64,000 nt of DNA from Malacoraja senta (lineage: Eukaryota): the NCBI GenBank assembly GCA_038087875.1, contig CM075995.1, forward strand, positions 6,388,001 through 6,452,000, in the 5' to 3' direction. The notes beneath the pieces were generated by a model. The model saw only the letters and a program-made list of their open reading frames with translations, was not told the DNA's origin and did not search any database. Shown piece after piece: positions 61,595-64,000 of this stretch (position 1 is its first letter; each line of letters starts with the position of its first letter). The position numbers were made by a program, and so were the translations under genes.

Positions 61595-62025
61595 CTTAGT
61601 TCAGTTTATTGTCACGTATACCGAGGTACAGTGAAAAGCTTTCGTTGCGTGCTATCCAGTCAGCAGGAAAGACTTTGACTTCAATTGAGCCATTTACAAT
61701 GTATAGATACATGATAAGACGAAAACGTTTAGGGCAAGGTTAAGCCAGCAAAGTCCAATCAAGGTAGACAAAAAATGCTGGAGGATTTCGACCTGAAACG
61801 TCGCCAATTCCTTCTCTCCATAGATACTACCTCACCCGCTGAGTTCCACCAGCATTTATTATCTACCTTTGATTTTTCCAGCATCTGCAGTTCTTTCTTA
61901 AACCTAGTCCAATCAAGGATAGCCCGAGGGTCACCAACAAGGAGATAGTAGTTCAGCACTACTCTCTAGTTATGGTAGGATGGTTCAGTTGCCTGATAAC
62001 GGCTGGGATGAGACTCTCCCTGAAT
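61595..62025 (-). mobile_element. Rex1 3' end interrupted by a Penelope-like inverted pair (~61760-61905)
   Basis: agtccaatcaagg is duplicated on both sides of the Penelope insert. Confidence 0.8.
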
Positions 62026-62514
62026 GGTGTTAATCCCCAAGAACCCTCGGCCTTGATTTATGATGAAAGCCAGGCTATAGATTGCTGCAACGGAAATGGC
62101 AAATCTCTCAACGCCCCATTGTATGGGTCGAGCCGTAGTATAAAGAGCTGGCACCTTGGGTTGACGAAACTCATGTGTAAACTTGTTGAGTCGGCTTTGT
62201 TCCCAGTTGTTGGGCGATGTGTCATCTCACCAAGGACCTTGTGTTTGCTTGTCCTTGGCCCAATCTAGTTATTCGGGTTATTTTCATTGTGTTAAAGAGA
62301 TTACTCTGAATCATTGCAGGGCGGAGGGGGGAGAATTAAGGACTTTTTTCCAATTAGGGCAGTTTCTGTCGGATGAGTCACTGGACATGGATTAGTTTCT
62401 TAATAGGGAGCTTCCCAGTAGTTCTCCAACTTTGGACAATGCTGACAAGGTCGTCATAGAGTCATACAACATAGAAACAGGCCCCTCAGCCCAATTTGCC
62501 TGCACCGACCAACA

Positions 62515-63725
62515 TCTTGGTTATCATAGGCGACTTTAATCTACTTATAGATTGGGCCAACCAAATTGGTAACAGTGCTGAGGAGGAAGATTTCCTGGAA
62601 TGTATACGGGATGGGTTTTTAAACCAATATGTGGAGGAACCGACTAGAGGGCAGGCCATCCTAGACTGGGTATTGTGTAATCAGGAAGGATTAGTTAGCG
62701 ATCTTGTTGTGCAAGGCCCCTTGGGCAACAGTGACCATAATATGGTGGAATTCTGCATTAGGATGGAGAGTGACTCTGTTAATTCAGAGACTAGGGTCCT
62801 GAACTTGAATAAAGGAGACTTTGAAGGTATGAGATGGGAATTGGCTAGGATAGACTGGCAAATTATACTTCAAGGGTTGACAGTAGAGGTGTAATGACGA
62901 AGATTTAAAGACCGCGTGGATGAACTCCAGAAATTGTTCATCCCTGTCCGGTGAAAAAATAAAACTGGGAAGGCGGCTCAACCGCGGCTGACGAGGGAAG
63001 TCAAGGATAGTGTTAAATCCAAGGAAGAGGCATATAAATTGGCCAGAAGAAGTAGGCATGCAGGTACAACAGGCAGTGAAGAAAGCTATTGGCATGTTGG
63101 CCTTCATAACGAGACGAGTTGAGTATAGGAGCAAATAGATCCTTCTGCAGTTGTACAGGGCCCTGCTGAGACCACACCTGGAGTATTGTGTGCAATTTTG
63201 GTCTCCTAATTTGAAGAAGGACATTCTTGCTATTGAGGGAGTGCAGCGTAGATTCACCAGGTTAATTTCCGGGATGGCGGGACTGTCGTATGATGAAAGA
63301 ATGGAGCGACTGGGCTTGTATTCACTGGAATTTAGAAGGATGAGAGGGGATCTTATAGAAACATATAAAATTATTAAGGGATTGGACAGACTAGATGCAG
63401 GAAACTTGTTCCCGATGTTGAGGAAGTCCAGAACCAGGGGTCACAGTTTAAGCATAAGGGGTAGGCCATTATTGGGGGAAAAAATTTCACCCAGAGAGTT
63501 GTGAATGGGGAATTCTCTGCCACAGAAGACAGTGGAGGCTAATTCACTGGATGTTTTCTAGAGAGTTAGATTTAGCTCTCGGGGCTAACGGAATCAAGGG
63601 ATATGGGGAAAAAGCAGGAACTGGGTACTGATTCCAGATGATCAGCCATGATCATATTGAATGGTGGTGCTGGCTCGAAGGGCCGAATGGCCTACTCCTG
63701 CACCTATCATTCTATGTTTCTATGT
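62515..63725 (+). mobile_element. CR1/HER1 LINE: APE endonuclease part joined to ORF2 C-terminus and 3' end
   Basis: IIGDFN..PTRGQAILDWVLCN..LGNSDHNMVEF; after ~63052 jumps to GMQVQQAVKKA..LYRALLRPHLEYCVQFWSP; tail ttctatgtttctatg. Confidence 0.92.
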
Positions 63726-64000
63726 CCCATCTACACTTGTCTGCCTGCGTTTGGCCCATATCCCTCCAAACCTGTCCTATCCATGCACCTGTCTAAATAT
63801 TTCTTAAAAGTTCATAACATAGGAAGCCATTCGACTCACTAAGTCTACTCCACCATTCAATTTTGCCCGATCTATCTTTCCCTCTCTACCCCATTCTCCT
63901 GCCTTCGCCCGATAACTCCTGACACTGTACACTAATCAAAAACCTGTCAAACTCTGCTTTAAAAATACCCAAATGACTTGGCCTCCACAGCTATCTGTGA

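Noticed and set aside
135..63842. Most ORFs in the six-frame track (e.g. 'TTGAVCTEFVRSP', 'RTRVSGAVRQQLY', 'CWSNSAGQAAS')
   Set aside because: These recurring peptides are chance translations of V-SINE, Penelope UTR and CR1 antisense sequence, not genes.

Overview
Vertebrate, repeat-saturated non-coding DNA. The repeat families (HE1-like V-SINE, HER1/CR1 LINEs, Penelope-like elements) point to a cartilaginous fish, probably a skate or ray (inference). I found no intact host protein-coding gene. Nearly all ORFs in the supplied track are SINE, LINE or microsatellite artefacts, or decayed transposon ORFs. The window looks like the inside of a large intron or intergenic region; T/G-rich unique segments on + hint at + strand transcription, but this is an impression only. 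Contents: dozens of tRNA-derived V-SINE copies; 3' fragments of several CR1 subfamilies plus one internally deleted CR1 retaining the APE endonuclease; Rex1/Babar LINE 3' ends; many Penelope-like (GIY-YIG) fragments, often as inverted pairs, carrying a minimal type-I hammerhead-ribozyme motif (roughly 25 copies, a few with an intact core); DNA-transposon MITEs (hAT, pogo/Tc2, Tigger5-like, piggyBac-like, and a nested element with an 8-bp TSD); a decayed CGGBP1-like hAT transposase whose 5' end is caught in a chimeric tandem repeat with Rex1 DNA; a CR1-derived minisatellite; microsatellites; and a 200-N gap. Best leads: the hammerhead motifs, the hAT/Rex1 chimera, a nested transposon stack with clean TSDs, a 70-nt near-perfect hairpin, and a locally duplicated 24-nt candidate micro-exon. 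I see no evidence of a wholly new multi-gene system. Only representative repeat copies are listed. Repeat boundaries are approximate (about +/-10 nt) unless TIR or TSD coordinates are given.
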